DNA of 64,000 nucleotides from Octopus vulgaris (lineage: Eukaryota). The position numbers and the translations under genes were made by a program. The notes under the pieces are model-generated. The model made no database searches and had not been told where the DNA came from. It worked only from the letters and a program-made list of their open reading frames with translations. Where the stretch lies: positions 136,214,001 through 136,278,000 of the forward strand of contig OX597818.1 in assembly GCA_951406725.2 (NCBI GenBank), read 5' to 3'. Position 1 is the stretch's first letter; each line of letters begins with the position of its first letter. Positions 24,044 to 37,710 of the stretch are shown in pieces.

Positions 24044-24132
24044 ATATATATATGTATGTATATATATATGTGTGTGTGTGTGTATGTATGTATATATATA
24101 TGTATGTATATATATGTGTGTGTGTGTGTATG

Positions 24133-24162
<30 letters not shown>
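23796..24162. repeat. (TA)n/(TG)n compound microsatellite
   Basis: Directly visible. Confidence 0.97.
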
Positions 24163-24167
<5 letters not shown>

Positions 24168-24329
24168 TTAGAGACAAAACCACTATTATGCAAATCAAAC
24201 AAAGAAAGACTTAAGCCAATACATAAAATAATTTATATAAATTTAGAAATTTAACAATTATAAGTCAAAAAGAGGGTGAAAAAATTTAAACACCAGTGGC
24301 CTAGCGTATAAAAGACTGAGATTCAGTAA

Positions 24330-24585
24330 ATATTATTAATACACAACTATGAGAGAGAATCCACTATGTGGACGCTTTTACGCTAGATATAGATCCGCAA
24401 AGGGACTCAACCACTAAGAATTGTTCTCAAGAAATAATTCAGCACACCAAGAACGCTTACGTTCTTGGTGTGCTGAATTATTTCTTGAGAACAATTCTTA
24501 GTGGTTGAGTCCCTTTGCGGATCTATATCTAGCGTAAAAGCGTCCACATAGTGGATTCTCTCTCATAGTTGTGTATTAATAATAT
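24330..24585. repeat. Perfect palindrome: 126-bp arms, 4-nt loop (CTTA, 24456-24459)
   Basis: 24330-24455 is the exact reverse complement of 24460-24585 by manual comparison. Confidence 0.95.
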
Positions 24586-24628
24586 ATATATATATATATG
24601 TATATATGCATATATGTATATATACATA

Positions 24629-24671
<43 letters not shown>

Positions 24672-24685
24672 GTGTGTGTGTGTAT

Positions 24686-25015
24686 ATCATCATCGTCGTT
24701 TAACGTCCGTTCTCCATGCTAGCATGGGTTGGACGGTTCGACCGGGGTTCTGGGAAGCCAGAAGGCTGCACCAGGCTCCAGTCTAATCTGGCAATGTTTC
24801 TACAGCTGGATGCCCTTCCTAACGCCAACCACTCCGTGAGTGTAGTGGGTGCTTTTTACGTGCCACCTGCACAGGTGCCAGGCGGGGCTGGCAACGGCCA
24901 CGGTCAGATTGGTGTATTTTATGTGCCACCGGCACAGAAGCCAGTCGAGGCGGTGCTGGCATCGGCCACGAGTCGGATAGTGCTTTTTACGTACCACCAG
25001 ACCAGGGATCCTGGC
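24686..25015 (-). mobile_element. Family D element
   Basis: Near-identical to the 16130-16575 tail block. Confidence 0.88.
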
Positions 25016-25056
25016 TATGTCTACATATATATATATATGTGTGTGTGAATATATGA

Positions 25057-25215
25057 AGGGCTTCTTTCAGTTTCCATCAACCAAATCCACTCACAAGGCT
25101 TTGGTTGGCACGAGTCTATAGTAGAAGACACTTGTCCTCGGTGCCATGCAGTGGGACTGAACCTGAAGCCATGTGGTTGGGAAGCAAACTTTTTACCACA
25201 TAACCATGCATACAT
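25057..25215 (-). mobile_element. SINE family A, 5' half
   Basis: gggcttctttcagtttcc...catgtggttgggaagcaaactttttaccaca. Confidence 0.8.
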
Positions 25216-25560
25216 CTGTAAGTGGTGAACTCATTTTTGAGTGGAAGGAAACAAGTGTAAATATGTTTGGGAAAATCCGATTGGAAGATTTTTCCAAAAC
25301 AAAGCACTTCATTCATAAAACAAATTCCTGGTTTATGTACACGATGGGTTGAGTAAAGTGAAGGAGGCTACTTCAATAGAGGAGACCTATGCTCTCATCT
25401 TTACCAGCTGCTTCACTTAACCGACTTGAAATGTCTGTCACACACCTTTTTACTGTCAAGCATGTTTATTTCCTGAAAAGTTTTGTACGAATTCCTTTTG
25501 TACAAATTTCACATTTCCAACTATTTGCTTTTGTTGATAACCCTTCTCTTTTAGTGTAAA

Positions 25561-25950
25561 CTAGCAGTATCGCCCGGCATTGCTCGGGTTTGTAAGGGAA
25601 ATAACTATAAAGCCTTTTTAGAGAGTTATAGCCAAAAAATAGCAAAAAAATGCATTAAAAATGGAAAAAAAATGATGGTAAATTTTTTTTTAAATCGTTG
25701 ACTCATCGTAGACATTTTTAGAGAGTTACTTCCCTTAGCGAAAAAATGCATTAAAATGGAAGAAAATAATGGTAAATTATTTTTAAAATCGTAGACTCAT
25801 CGTAGACGCGCGCTAATACCCAGAAGGGCTCGATATGAATCACGACTATAAGATACCCGGTTTTGGTTACACTGCACCGCAAAATATGGGAGTAGTTAGG
25901 AATCTAAATCGTAGGAGACAGACACACAACCTTACTTTTATATATAAAGA
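25561..25950 (-). mobile_element. Non-autonomous Helitron
   Basis: Minus strand starts A|TCTTTATATATAAAA, has subterminal hairpin CCCGAGCAATGCCGGG and ends CTAG|T: canonical TC...hairpin...CTAG termini in an A|T target. Confidence 0.8.
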
Positions 25951-26092
25951 TATATATTTGATTTTCACTTTATACATTTTACAGACAGACAGATACACAG
26001 ACACACACACACACACACTAACACACATACACACATAAGGACAGGTACACTTACCAATGCACATATTAACATCTGATCCACAGACATACTGT

Positions 26093-26126
<34 letters not shown>

Positions 26127-26796
26127 TATCTTTCTACTGCTACTATAGTACCCTCTAATCATCAGATTGACTGGTTTTATGTCACCTTCACTGAGTTTCA
26201 CCTGAGCTAGTCATTTCTTTTCTTTCCTTTCTCATATGGGATCCAACCTCACAAACTCCGATGCCAAGTTCTTTCTTCCCAGAATATTGTTCCTTCTAGA
26301 ATTCCTTTCCCACACATATATTTCCTGTAGATGGCAACTTGCAATAATGTAAGCAGAATTTTAATTATACCGGTCTCTCTGGTATTTGTCAGCCTATGAA
26401 GACCTTGGACATTGTCCCAGCCTCAAGATTGAAACCAGTAAAATTATGAAACAAACATTACTACATATTTTCTGTCTAGATCAGTTTTCTCATTAAATTC
26501 CATATTTTGTTTCCAAATCTCACTCCGGTTCTTACTCATGTCCTGGGTCTACATGATGTACTCAGCCATCATAACAATACTAGACTTGCTAATAATGCTG
26601 TATTCTTTCAGCCACAAAGATACATCCCTGCTCGAGGTTTCCAACTCTTTCTCGACACACAAATAAAAGACTTGGCCATATTCAAGAAGTTGGCAATTAC
26701 TGGGTCATTGTGGTTAAAAATCCTTCTGTTAGGCTAATTTACCCCTCAAAATCTGATGTAGAAAATATTTAAAACAATAATTGAGAGAATTATGCA

Positions 26797-27275
26797 TGTA
26801 AGGGGAACTGGTTGCTTCTTTACACTTTTGGGGTGCAACTTGGGTGCAACACAATTTCCTTTCTTTTAGTTTCTAGAAACTACCAGTCAGGAACGAAATG
26901 CAAGTTTTGAAATATATACAATTCTTTATTCTCTTACTCAACAATGAAACACGATGGTATACTGGTATCCATTCTTACAACAATTCAGCATTAATAGAAC
27001 AGGTTAAATCCTAAGCGTCTGGGACAGGAGAATATGCTGATCACACGTATGAAAATACGTCCTTTCTCTTCTATCGCCGTGTCTCAAGTCCCCGACGCTA
27101 TTAAGGAACGCTATAGAATTTATTCTTCAGTCTCTAGTGCATGTGCATGAGGGAACTTCCTTATGCCTTTCCAGAAGGTTCCAACCCCGCACACGCACAC
27201 TGAAGAAGGACGTCTGCACACGCACACTGAAGAATGACGTTGCGTGTGCGCACACTGGAATATGACGTCACTACA
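26797..27275 (-). mobile_element. Solo LTR (Gypsy-like)
   Basis: TGTA...TACA termini, 4-bp TSD TGCA (26793-26796 / 27276-27279), AATAAA on the minus strand, short tandem motifs cacacgcacactgaagaa. Confidence 0.7.
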
Positions 27276-27394
27276 TGCATGTACTAAAAATGCTTGTTGC
27301 ATTCTGTTTGGCTGAATTTCAAATAAATTGAGTGCTGGGTGAGGTTCTTGCCTGGATTTCCTAAATCCCTATCTTCTTACTATATGAATATACA

Positions 27395-27537
27395 CAGTCG
27401 TGGCTAAAAGTTTGGACCATAGGTTTGAAAATTAGAATTTTAAAATTTAATACTGAAAGTTACATTCAAATCCAATTGTACTTGGACATAATAGCTTTAA
27501 TTTTTTTTAAAATGTTCCAAACTTTTGGTGACAACTG
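27395..27537. mobile_element. Tc1/mariner-type MITE
   Basis: TIRs cagtcgtggctaaaagtttggaccat / atgttccaaacttttggtgacaactg. Confidence 0.65.
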
Positions 27538-27855
27538 TATGTATAAGAACATGCATGTTAATGTATGTGTGTGTGTATATATATATATATATAGCTATCT
27601 TGTCTGCAAAAAACATAAATCTGAAAGAAGTACACTCTAAGATATAGAGCAGTATATATTTAAAACGGGGAAGGCTGGTTTATGGAGTTACCTTAGGTTT
27701 CCCGTCTATAAAGAATTTAGCTTTACAGTGTATCGTCAAATCCCAAAGCCTGTTGGCACAAGACAGCCATAACATAAACACACACATATATATGCTGTAC
27801 ATATGTGTGTGTGTGTATGTACTTACAAACATACATTTATATATATATATGTGTT

Positions 27856-28053
27856 GGTGGCACATTAAAAGCACCCACTACACTCACGGAGTGGTTGGCG
27901 TTAGGAAGGGCATCCAGCTGTAGAAACACTGCCAGATCTGACTGGCCTGGTGCAGCCTTCGGGCTTCCCAGATCCCCGGTCGAACCGTCCAACCCATGCT
28001 AGCATGGAAAGCGGACGTTAAACGATGATGATGATGATGATGATGATGATGAT
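27856..28053 (+). mobile_element. Family D element 3' part with (GAT)n tail
   Basis: ...aacccatgctagcatggaaagcggacgttaaac(gat)n. Confidence 0.88.
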
Positions 28054-28083
28054 ATATATATATATATGTATGTACTTACATAC

Positions 28084-28126
<43 letters not shown>

Positions 28127-29068
28127 GAGTGGCTTTCTTGTTCTGACTAAAACATAAAATGAAATTTAAGAATATAGTTAAAAAATATATATTAGAGAGT
28201 GAGGCATTTTCAACACCAAGTGGTAATATCTATCCCCACTTAAATGCAAATGTTCTGTTAGAACAAACTACATACCTTGAGAGAAACTTTCATATTGGCT
28301 TTTTGGTGCACAATGCAATCTTGTTTATATCACTAGCAGGAAGATAAATCTCTGCTACCTCCAGCGCTGAGACCAACAGATCATGTGATTTCAACCTTCC
28401 TTGGTCTTGTCAGTGATGGAAAGTCAATCACTAGAGACAGCCGGGACTCATCTCTCCACCAGTGATATATAGAAAACCAGAGCCAGAACAGACACTGGAA
28501 TCATGGTTAGCTAATGGGCTTGTTAAAAAATATATATTAGTGACAGAGGCAGTATCAGTACCAAGAGGCAATATTCATCCTCAATTAAACACGAATGTTC
28601 TGTTAGAACATGTTATACTGTGGTAGATACCAAGAGAAAAACTCTCATATTGGCTTTTAGTGGTCTTGGGACTAGAGATGGCAGGGATTTATCTCACCAC
28701 TAGTGATACAAATGGCAGTGCATTTAGCAAGTGTTTTCTACTATGGCCTCGGGCCAACTAAAAGCTTTGTGAGTGGATTTGGTAGATGGAAATTGAAAAG
28801 AAGCCCTTTGTGTAAATATGTATGTGTGTGTATATATAAACCTCGCTAAGATAAATATTTCAATTACCTGAAGATTGACTGTAACCATAACTCGAATTAT
28901 TACGAATTGTACAGCCATGAAACGATCATAGTGTTTTACTCTTTATCTTTTATTAAACTTTTAATACTTTTGATATATATTTAAAATAATATATATTAAT
29001 TAATTTTATGTATTGGCTTATGTTTTTCATTGTTTGATTTGCCTAATAGTGGTTTTATCTCTAATTTA

Positions 29069-29119
<51 letters not shown>

Positions 29120-29448
29120 TCCCCTGGCACATAAAAAGCAACCACTACACTTGTGGAGTGGTTGGCGTTAGGAAGGGCATCCAGCTGTAGAAACACTGCC
29201 AGATCTGACAGGTTTATATTGACTTAAAACATTGGTATTTAGTGGCATCTGTTGTTGCTCCTAGTTGCAATTCCAGTCAAAAACTTTTATTTACTTTCTG
29301 AAGGTCACTGAAACAAGTACCAGTGATATATTGTGGGCTTATCAGCCGTGTCTCATACATCTGTGCTCTTATTTTATTGTAATAACCCATTATGACATGA
29401 TGCACCGAGCAGAATTATTCCTTAACAAAGGTCACATATGTATTGTGG

Positions 29449-29834
29449 TGGAAGCACTCCGTCGGTTACGACAACGAGGGTTCCAGTTGATCCGAATCAA
29501 CGGAACAGCCTGCTCGTGAAATTAACGTGTAAGTGGCTGAGCACTCCACAGACACGTGTACCATTAACGTAGTTCTCGGGGATATTCAGCGTGACACAGA
29601 GAGTGACAAGGCCGGCCCCTTGAAATACAGGTACAACAGAAACAGGAAGTAAGAGTGAGAGAAAGTTGTGGTGAAAGAGTACAGCAGGGATCACCACCAT
29701 CCCCTGCCGGAGCCTCGTGGAGCTTTTAGGTGTTTTCACTCAATAAACTCTCACAACGCCCAGTCTGGGAATCGAAACCGCGATCCTATGATCGCGAGTC
29801 TGCTGCTCTAACCACTGGGCCATTGCACCTCCAC
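29449..29834 (-). mobile_element. SINE family B, full length
   Basis: Reverse complement of 7341-7724; TSD cacatatgtatt. Confidence 0.9.
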
Positions 29835-30144
29835 ACACATATGTATTATAGTTAATTGGTTATTTATGCTTAATTTCCTGAAGCTCTTTAAAACAATATG
29901 GTATGGAGGATTAACAGCAGATTTTTGTATAAAGACATCTTTTGTTTTAAAAACACCACACTCATAAAACAATAAAAACCACCACTACCACTGCTAACAC
30001 CACAACCACCACCACCACCACCACCACCACCACCACCATCTCAGATATCATCTACTTAATTACAGCATGCACTTTGACATAAGTATATTTGTGTGTGTTT
30101 GTACATGTATGTATGCATGAATGTTTGTATGTATATGTGTTCTA

Positions 30145-30660
30145 TTTATTCTTTTATTTGTTTCAGTCATTTGACTGCGACCATGCTGGAGCACCGCCTT
30201 TTAGTCGAACAAACCGACTGACCGCAGGATTTATTCTTTGTAAGCCTAGTACTTATTCTACCAGTCTCTTTTGCTGAACCACTAAGTTATGGGGACTTAA
30301 ACACACCAACATCAGTTGTCAAGTGATGGTGGGTGGGATAAACATAGACACACAAACACACACACACACATACACACAGACACACACACATACATACAGA
30401 CACACACACACGCACACACACACACACGCACACAGACACACACACACGCACACATAGACACACACACACGCACACACACACACACACACAGACACACACA
30501 CACACACACACACATACACACACATGATGGGCTTCTTTCAGTTTCTGTCTACCAAATACACTAACAAGGTTTTGGTTGGCCCAGGGCTATAGTAGAAGAC
30601 ACTTGTCCAAGGTGCCACAGTGGGACTGAACCTGGAACCATGTAGTTGGTAAGTAAACTA
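30145..30660 (-). mobile_element. SINE family A with expanded internal (CA)n
   Basis: Family A modules flanking ~180 bp of CA-type repeat. Confidence 0.88.
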
Positions 30661-30734
30661 TTTTATTTCAATAAATTGGCCATGTAGGCATAATACAGAG
30701 GGGACAAACAAGGACAGACAAATATAGAATGGAG

Positions 30735-30891
30735 AGGAGTGGCTGTGTGGTAAGTAGCTTGCTTACGAACCACATGGTTCCGGGTTCAGTCCCACTGTGT
30801 GGCACCTTGGGCAAGTGTCTTCTGCTATAGCCCCGGGCCCACCAATGCCTTGTGAGTGGATTTGGTAGACGGAAACTGAAAGAAGCCTGTC

Positions 30892-30981
<90 letters not shown>

Positions 30982-31200
30982 ATATGTTTGTGTGTCTGTG
31001 TTTGTCCCCCTAGCATTGCTTGACAACCGATGCTGGTGTGTTTACGTCTCCGTTACTTAGCGGTTAGGCAAAAGAGACCGATAGAATAAGTACTGGGCTT
31101 ACAAAGAATAAGTCCCGGGGTCGATCTGTTCGACTAAAGGCAGTGCTCCATCATGGTCGCAGTCAAATGACTGAAACAAGTAAAAGAGAGTAAAGAGAGA
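30735..31200 (+). mobile_element. SINE family A, full length
   Basis: Family A head, core and tail. Confidence 0.92.
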
Positions 31201-31269
31201 GAGCTTAAAGCGTTATTATAAATCGATTAAAGATATGAAAAATAAAAAAATAAAATATAAAATAAAATA

Positions 31270-32585
31270 CACTGTGTTATACAATGTGACCCTGAAGGAA
31301 AGGGGTCCAACATAAGGGTAGGGCTTTTGCTTTTCTTCTAGGGCTCCACTTACTTGGTGCCAATTACTACCAGCTTTCTTACCACAGGCTTCAATCTCTT
31401 CTCGAATTTCTCGTGTGACAGGTATCTCTTCTCCAGCCTGATCTTGCTGCTGAGGTGGTAGCTAAAAAACCTTGACCAACCCCTGGCCGGATACAAAGGT
31501 ACCCGTCACTATCCCTTTCACACGTGTCTTCCATACCGTTTCTTTTAAAGTGGCTACCACACAGTAAAAACAGGCCTTCCTTTCTCCGCTAAGGGAAGAT
31601 GGCAGCACAATCTCGATGATGGACTCAGCTGATAGCTGTACTCTTCCCATCGATGACAGCAGTTGTTCTGTGAAAACTATCAGTCCTGATAATTCTGGAC
31701 ATTCCACAAATGCGTGCAAAACGGCTTTCCTGTCCTGCCCACACCTTGGACATGTCAGCAAGACGGCACTTCCATGCCTTGACAGCTTATCATGAACCGG
31801 TAACACCATATGGAAGCACTGCCAAGCCAGGGATTTCTGGTAATTATCCAGATACCCTGGCCTGAACGTTCTCCTGAACAGGTTGAGCAACTGATTTTCA
31901 TTGTAGCTCAGGGTCTCCCCCAAGACGTCTTCAGACATGAATCCCACTAACACACTATAAAAATCCACAGTGGAACTTCTGTTACTGGCATTGCCTGCCC
32001 AAAGAGTAGCTGAAGTGCCTGATGGCACTCCAATTGTCAATCCCTCAGCCTAGGTCTCTGCTTGATCTATGTACCAATGTCCATTAGGGACGTTAATCTC
32101 ATAAGGTAGAACTGGACGTGCAGTGGCCACACCTGACTTGTCCTTGTTAACCTTTGCTCCTGCCACCACTTCATAACTTTTGATAGCCTCTTCCACCACT
32201 GGAAGCTGGCCTTCATCTGCCATGATGATGGAGATGTCATCCCCATACGCCGTAGCTTCTCTTCCACACCACAGGTCATTTGACGTGCCCCCTAGTGCCT
32301 TCAATTTCTGCAGTAATGGCTCAAGAGCCAACACATGCAAAAGCGGAGATAGGGGATGCCCCTGATGCACTGAGCGCTCAATCCTGAATGGTTTCGAAAA
32401 GAAACCGTTCACTTTAACGACAGACTTGATGTCGGGTACAAAGCAGCAGTCCAACCGTGGAAGGTCGGACCCAGACCAGTTTTCTCGAGGACTGGCACCA
32501 AGTACCGATGGTCAACCCTATCAAATGCTTTAGACTGGTCTAAATGTACCAGTGACCCTCCTGTGCCAGAAAGCTTCCACACCCT
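31270..32585 (-). pseudogene. L1/Tx1-clade LINE ORF2 remnant (RT plus C-terminal zinc knuckle), frameshifted and internally deleted
   Basis: LDQSKAFDRVDHRYL, VNGFFSKPFRIERSVHQGHPLSPLL, AYGDDI, GAKVNKDKS, CPRCGQDRKAVLHAFVECP. Confidence 0.9.
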
Positions 32586-33212
32586 CTCTACGACCGCGAG
32601 TCCGCTGCCCTAACCACTGGGCCATTGCGCCTCCACACTTATTATATAGGAGTGTGTGGAAGTAGTTGGGAAAGGGATAAAAAAGCGGTAGCGATGGAAT
32701 GCTAGAGAAAACTCTCAAGGTGCAGGAAGGTGACCCCAACCATGAATGCAGGAGTCGATATCTCATTAGGTGGTGAAGCAGTTCTATAGGCGTTTCTGTC
32801 CCATCCACCACAATGCTAGAACTGCCCAGGGCCACCCACCGACATAAGCAACAAAACACCTGTGTAAATTGCATGAGCTTTGTTGAGTCAGGTGTTGCAA
32901 TGATGATGATGATGATGTTGATCACAACAATGCATATGTATGTGTGCATGCATGTATGTATATGTGTGTATGTATGCATATGTGTGTCTCATCATTATCA
33001 TTGTTTTAAGCTTGCTTTTCCATGCTAGCCTGGGTTAGATGGGTTTCTTGTGACAGTGTTTAACACCTGGATGTCCATCTTTTTGTCAATCCTTAATTGA
33101 CTCTTGTAACATGTAAGGATATTGTGCACCTGTTCTAAACTCGACACACACATTCCTACGTGTGCATGCATGCACACACACACACACACACACGCATACA
33201 TGCATATGCCCT

Positions 33213-33257
<45 letters not shown>

Positions 33258-34315
33258 TTCTCTATGTATGTGTGTATATGTGTGAATAAATGTGATTGTG
33301 TATGAAGGCAATGCTATGCCACTGCTGCTGCTGATGATGATGTTGACACCTGTACATACACAATGAATATGCTAAGATAATTGTGTATTTAACATAATGT
33401 CTAACAAGGTGCATCTCATCAAAGAGGAATAAATTACCAGAATTTATGAATAAATTCTCAAAAGAGAATGTGAAGTAAATGAGAGGAAGACATGAATAAA
33501 TATTATTTAGTATTTATTGCTGAAAATTTTGTCAAGTTAATCTCTATTTGCTGGGAGCAGAAAAGTAAAAGTCACCACTTGGTATAACCTCAACAATTAT
33601 GTCTAACAATTGTTAATCCTATCTCATACTTTAATCTCCATTCAAACAATTCTGCTTTATCATTAACTTTTCAAGATTAATCTTTGGCAGAAACTATATA
33701 CTGTGTAATGGTGGACTTGTGGTGGATTAATATGAATTTGTTTGGTGACGATCGGATAAATAAAACTGGGTGAGAATTTACCTGTTGTTGAGGGGCTTTT
33801 TTTTTTTTATATTTTGCTTGGACAAATCAGAATATATGTGGAGGTGGGAATAGTACAGAATCAATAAATATTGCAATTGCTGTTCTCATACCACTTAATG
33901 TTCTGTTTATGGAGCTTAGTGGGGACTTAAGCTTTCACAGCTAATTACATTAATAATAATATATTCATAACATGTGTATAGTTACAGTAGCTAGCTGGTT
34001 TGATGGTTTGGCAGTTTACCAATGGAAAGGTTGACAGTTCATATGTTAGATTCATATTTCAGTTCTGTCCATGACTAAGGTGCTTGGTTCTGATTTAATT
34101 CTATTGGAATACGAACAGGACATTTGTAAGTCGACTATTGAAACCATGTTGGTCAAATATTTAACTAAATATAATATTAGGTAGTTAAGACGTCTTGCTG
34201 TCTAAACCGTCATCATAGAAGTCAATTTATCAAACTCATTTTTATAAATCACATGACTTAATTAATTGTATGACTTAATCACATGCAAATGAAATAATTA
34301 ACATGAAGGTGATAA

Positions 34316-34730
34316 TAAGAATGATGATGGTGGTGATGATGATGATGATGATGATATGGAGGAAGTGGAGGAGAAGATGGATGATATGTTAATGAGGATG
34401 ATAATGATTGACGATGATGACAATGATGATGATGAAGATGATGGTGATGAGGATGTCAGTGATGAGGATGATATGGGGGAAGTGGAGGAGAAGATGGATG
34501 ATATGTTAATGAGGATGATAATGATTGATGATGACGACAATGATGATGATGAAGATGGTGGTGATGAGGATGTCAGTGATGAGGATGATGGTGATGATGA
34601 TGAAAATGATGATTATGAAAATGATGATGATGATGAAATGATGGTTGTAATAGCGACGATGCTGATGACAATGACAATGTTAAGGCTGATGATGAATGAT
34701 GAATGATGAATGATGATGATGATGATGATT
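34316..34730. repeat. (GAT)n-rich tract with a duplicated 120-bp unit
   Basis: gaagtggaggagaagatggatgatatgttaatgagg... at ~34362 and ~34480; explains the acidic ORF 34356-34706. Confidence 0.85.
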
Positions 34731-35265
34731 GTATCTTACATATTTCTATATTGCATATTTTATTCTCTGTCATCCTAGAATGAGAAATTAGTCTTATTGG
34801 TTTCAAGAGAACATAAAACTGAAGTTGTGATGTTCATGATTTTCCCAATGTATTAGTTTCTCATTATTATTATAGAGTTAGAGATCAGGGCATGCCATCA
34901 AAGTGACGCTGGGGTAAAATATATGAAGCCCAACACACCCATCATGACTACCTGTCTGATAAGAGTACACCAGACACCTGCATCATAACCACATGTTTAA
35001 TGTGGTGATCTCATATCGAGATAAACAGAATGATGAACAAAATACCCATGTTTCCAGAGGTGTATTATCCAAACCCCAAAGAATTCCTCTCAACACATGG
35101 CTATGATGCTCCCCCACTACTTCTACTCATGATTAGAGATGCACATATCATCAGCCACTAAGGGACATGCTCAACTGGTAAGGCCAAACAATTAACAAGC
35201 AAATCTGTGGTACTGAGCAGAATATTTGCTGTAGCCCATCTTTTATACCATGACAAAATTATTTT

Positions 35266-35268
35266 TAC

Positions 35269-35307
<39 letters not shown>

Positions 35308-35522
35308 CATTATTATTATTATTATTATTATTACTATTATTATTATTGTTGTTATTATTATTATTACTATTACTATTATTATTATTGTTATTATTATTAT
35401 TATTATTACTATTACTATTATTATTATTATTGCTATTTCTATTATTATTATTATTATTTTTACTATTATTATTATTATTGTTATTATTATTATTATTATT
35501 ACTATTACTATTACTATTATTA

Positions 35523-35585
<63 letters not shown>
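35266..35585. repeat. (TTA)n microsatellite, followed by a diverged family C SINE (35586-35795)
   Basis: Directly visible. Confidence 0.95.
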
Positions 35586-35586
<1 letters not shown>

Positions 35587-36511
35587 GGTGGTGAGCTGGC
35601 AGAATCATCATGCTGGGTAAAATGCCTTGCAGTATTTTGTCCATCTTTATGTTCTGAGTTCAAATTCTGCTGGTGTTGACTTTGCCTTTCATCCTTCCAA
35701 GGTTGATAAAATAAGTACCAGTTGAGGACTGAGGTCGATTTAATCAACTTAACCCCTCCCCCGAAATTTCTGGTTTTGTGCAAAAATTTGAAACCATTAT
35801 TATTATTATTTTGCTTTGTTTGACTTTGTGTCTATTACATAACAGTTTTTTGCTATAATTTCTTCTGTCTTTGAGTCTTATTCACCCTTGATTTTTTCCT
35901 GCCATTCTGTCAGTCTGTTGTCATCGTAATACATCATTGATTTATCTAAATACCTTCCCTGTCCATTTGTCTAATTCATCAATGCTTCAGTATTATTATC
36001 AATTTATGAGAGTCTTTGAAGAATCTGTATTTTTACACCATTTCAATGTGTTGTAGTATTTACACTGGTAGTTGTTTATTTTTAGTTTGTTTGGTTCTTC
36101 GGAATAATCAAAAGAAACAGTTCACTTGAAACATGTTTGCATTTCATCCTTGTTTTTTTATTTTTTTGTTAACAAAACGGAGTTTTTATTTTCTTTTATA
36201 ATAAAAACCAAATTTGATGGAATCATCTTAATGGTTTCTTCATTAATGCTACACAGCTATGGAAAATACTATTGCCATGTTTATCAAACATTCACAAATA
36301 TCAAAGACTATTAACCGATTTAAACTGATAATTGTCTTTCATCTTTGGTATGCTTGGCTGATTTCAGCAAGTGATACTTCTAGAAATATTGTAGGTTATA
36401 TAATGGAATTGTTAATGGGTATCCATATTGATGAGCATTAAGAGAATTAACAATGTATAGAAATATGACATGACTGCCTGATTATGTTCACAGTTTTCGC
36501 TCACTTTTATA

Positions 36512-36970
36512 GCATATCTCACATATATCACACTTGTCTCTCACATATCACACCTCACATATTACCACCACCTTAAACATCACACTGATTTTCTATGCTT
36601 CATACCACATAACTCACATACTACATATACCCCAGCATTTCAAAAACATATCTTGTATATTACACATGTCTCCAAATGCTTCTTGCATATCTCATACATC
36701 ACAGTTCTCACATATTACATATAACACGTATATTTCGCATATCTCATATATCATACTTGCCTCTCACATTTCACACATATCTCACACACCACACTTATCT
36801 TCCACATTTCATACATCTCATATATCACTTTTATCTTCCACATTTTATGCACATTTCATGTCACACCTATCTCAAATATTTCATATGTATCTTCCACATT
36901 TCACACATATCTCATACAGCACACATCGCTCACATTTCACATATATTACATACATCACACATATTTACCA
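36512..36970. repeat. Degenerate CACATAT/CTCA-rich low-complexity repeat
   Basis: Recurrent cacatatctca/cacatttc motifs, almost G-free; source of the His-rich ORFs. Confidence 0.75.
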
Positions 36971-37576
36971 CTCTTCTCTCATGCTTGCACCATGTAATGC
37001 ACATATTGGCTTCACATGGAGGAAAAGATCATGTCCACAGCCTTCACAGGTCTTTCAAGACTGATTAAAGATTTATGTAGCTATTGAGCACTTACAATTT
37101 TGCCAACAACAGGAAAAACAGACGGAGAGAAAATTCCAGAAGCCCTGCCTACTTTCTTGGATGAGTAGGGTGAAATGGTTTGTATAAATCTCCCCTGGGA
37201 CAGGGTGGGAGCCAATATGGTAAAGGCGATGAGGGCAGAAGAGACAAATGTGTCAAAAGATCCTAGATGAAAATGGCATGAAACAGATTATCCTTCATTG
37301 ACATTTAGATTATTGTCAGAGTTACATATTTTTCAATCTCCATATGTGACAATATAACATATTTTGTTCTGCTGTGAGAATTGACCCAAGCTTGTATCTT
37401 CTACTTCTGTGAATGGTGCTGGAATGGCTAAGTGGTTAAGAGGTTTGCTTCTCAACCATGTGGTTTTGAGTTCAGTCCCACTGGATGGCATTTTGGACTA
37501 AGTGTTTTCTACTATAGCCCTGAGCCTACGAATGCCTTGTGAGTGGATTTGGTAGACAGAAACTGAACAGGACCTT

Positions 37577-37615
<39 letters not shown>

Positions 37616-37638
37616 CTCTCTCTCTCTCTCTCTATCTC

Positions 37639-37671
<33 letters not shown>

Positions 37672-37710
37672 GGAGAAAGAGAGATGTATATATGTATGTA
37701 TCTATATATA

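Noticed and set aside
34356-34706. Acidic 116-aa ORF as a real protein
   Set aside because: Translation of a (GAT)n tract with a local 120-bp duplication; no splice or domain support.
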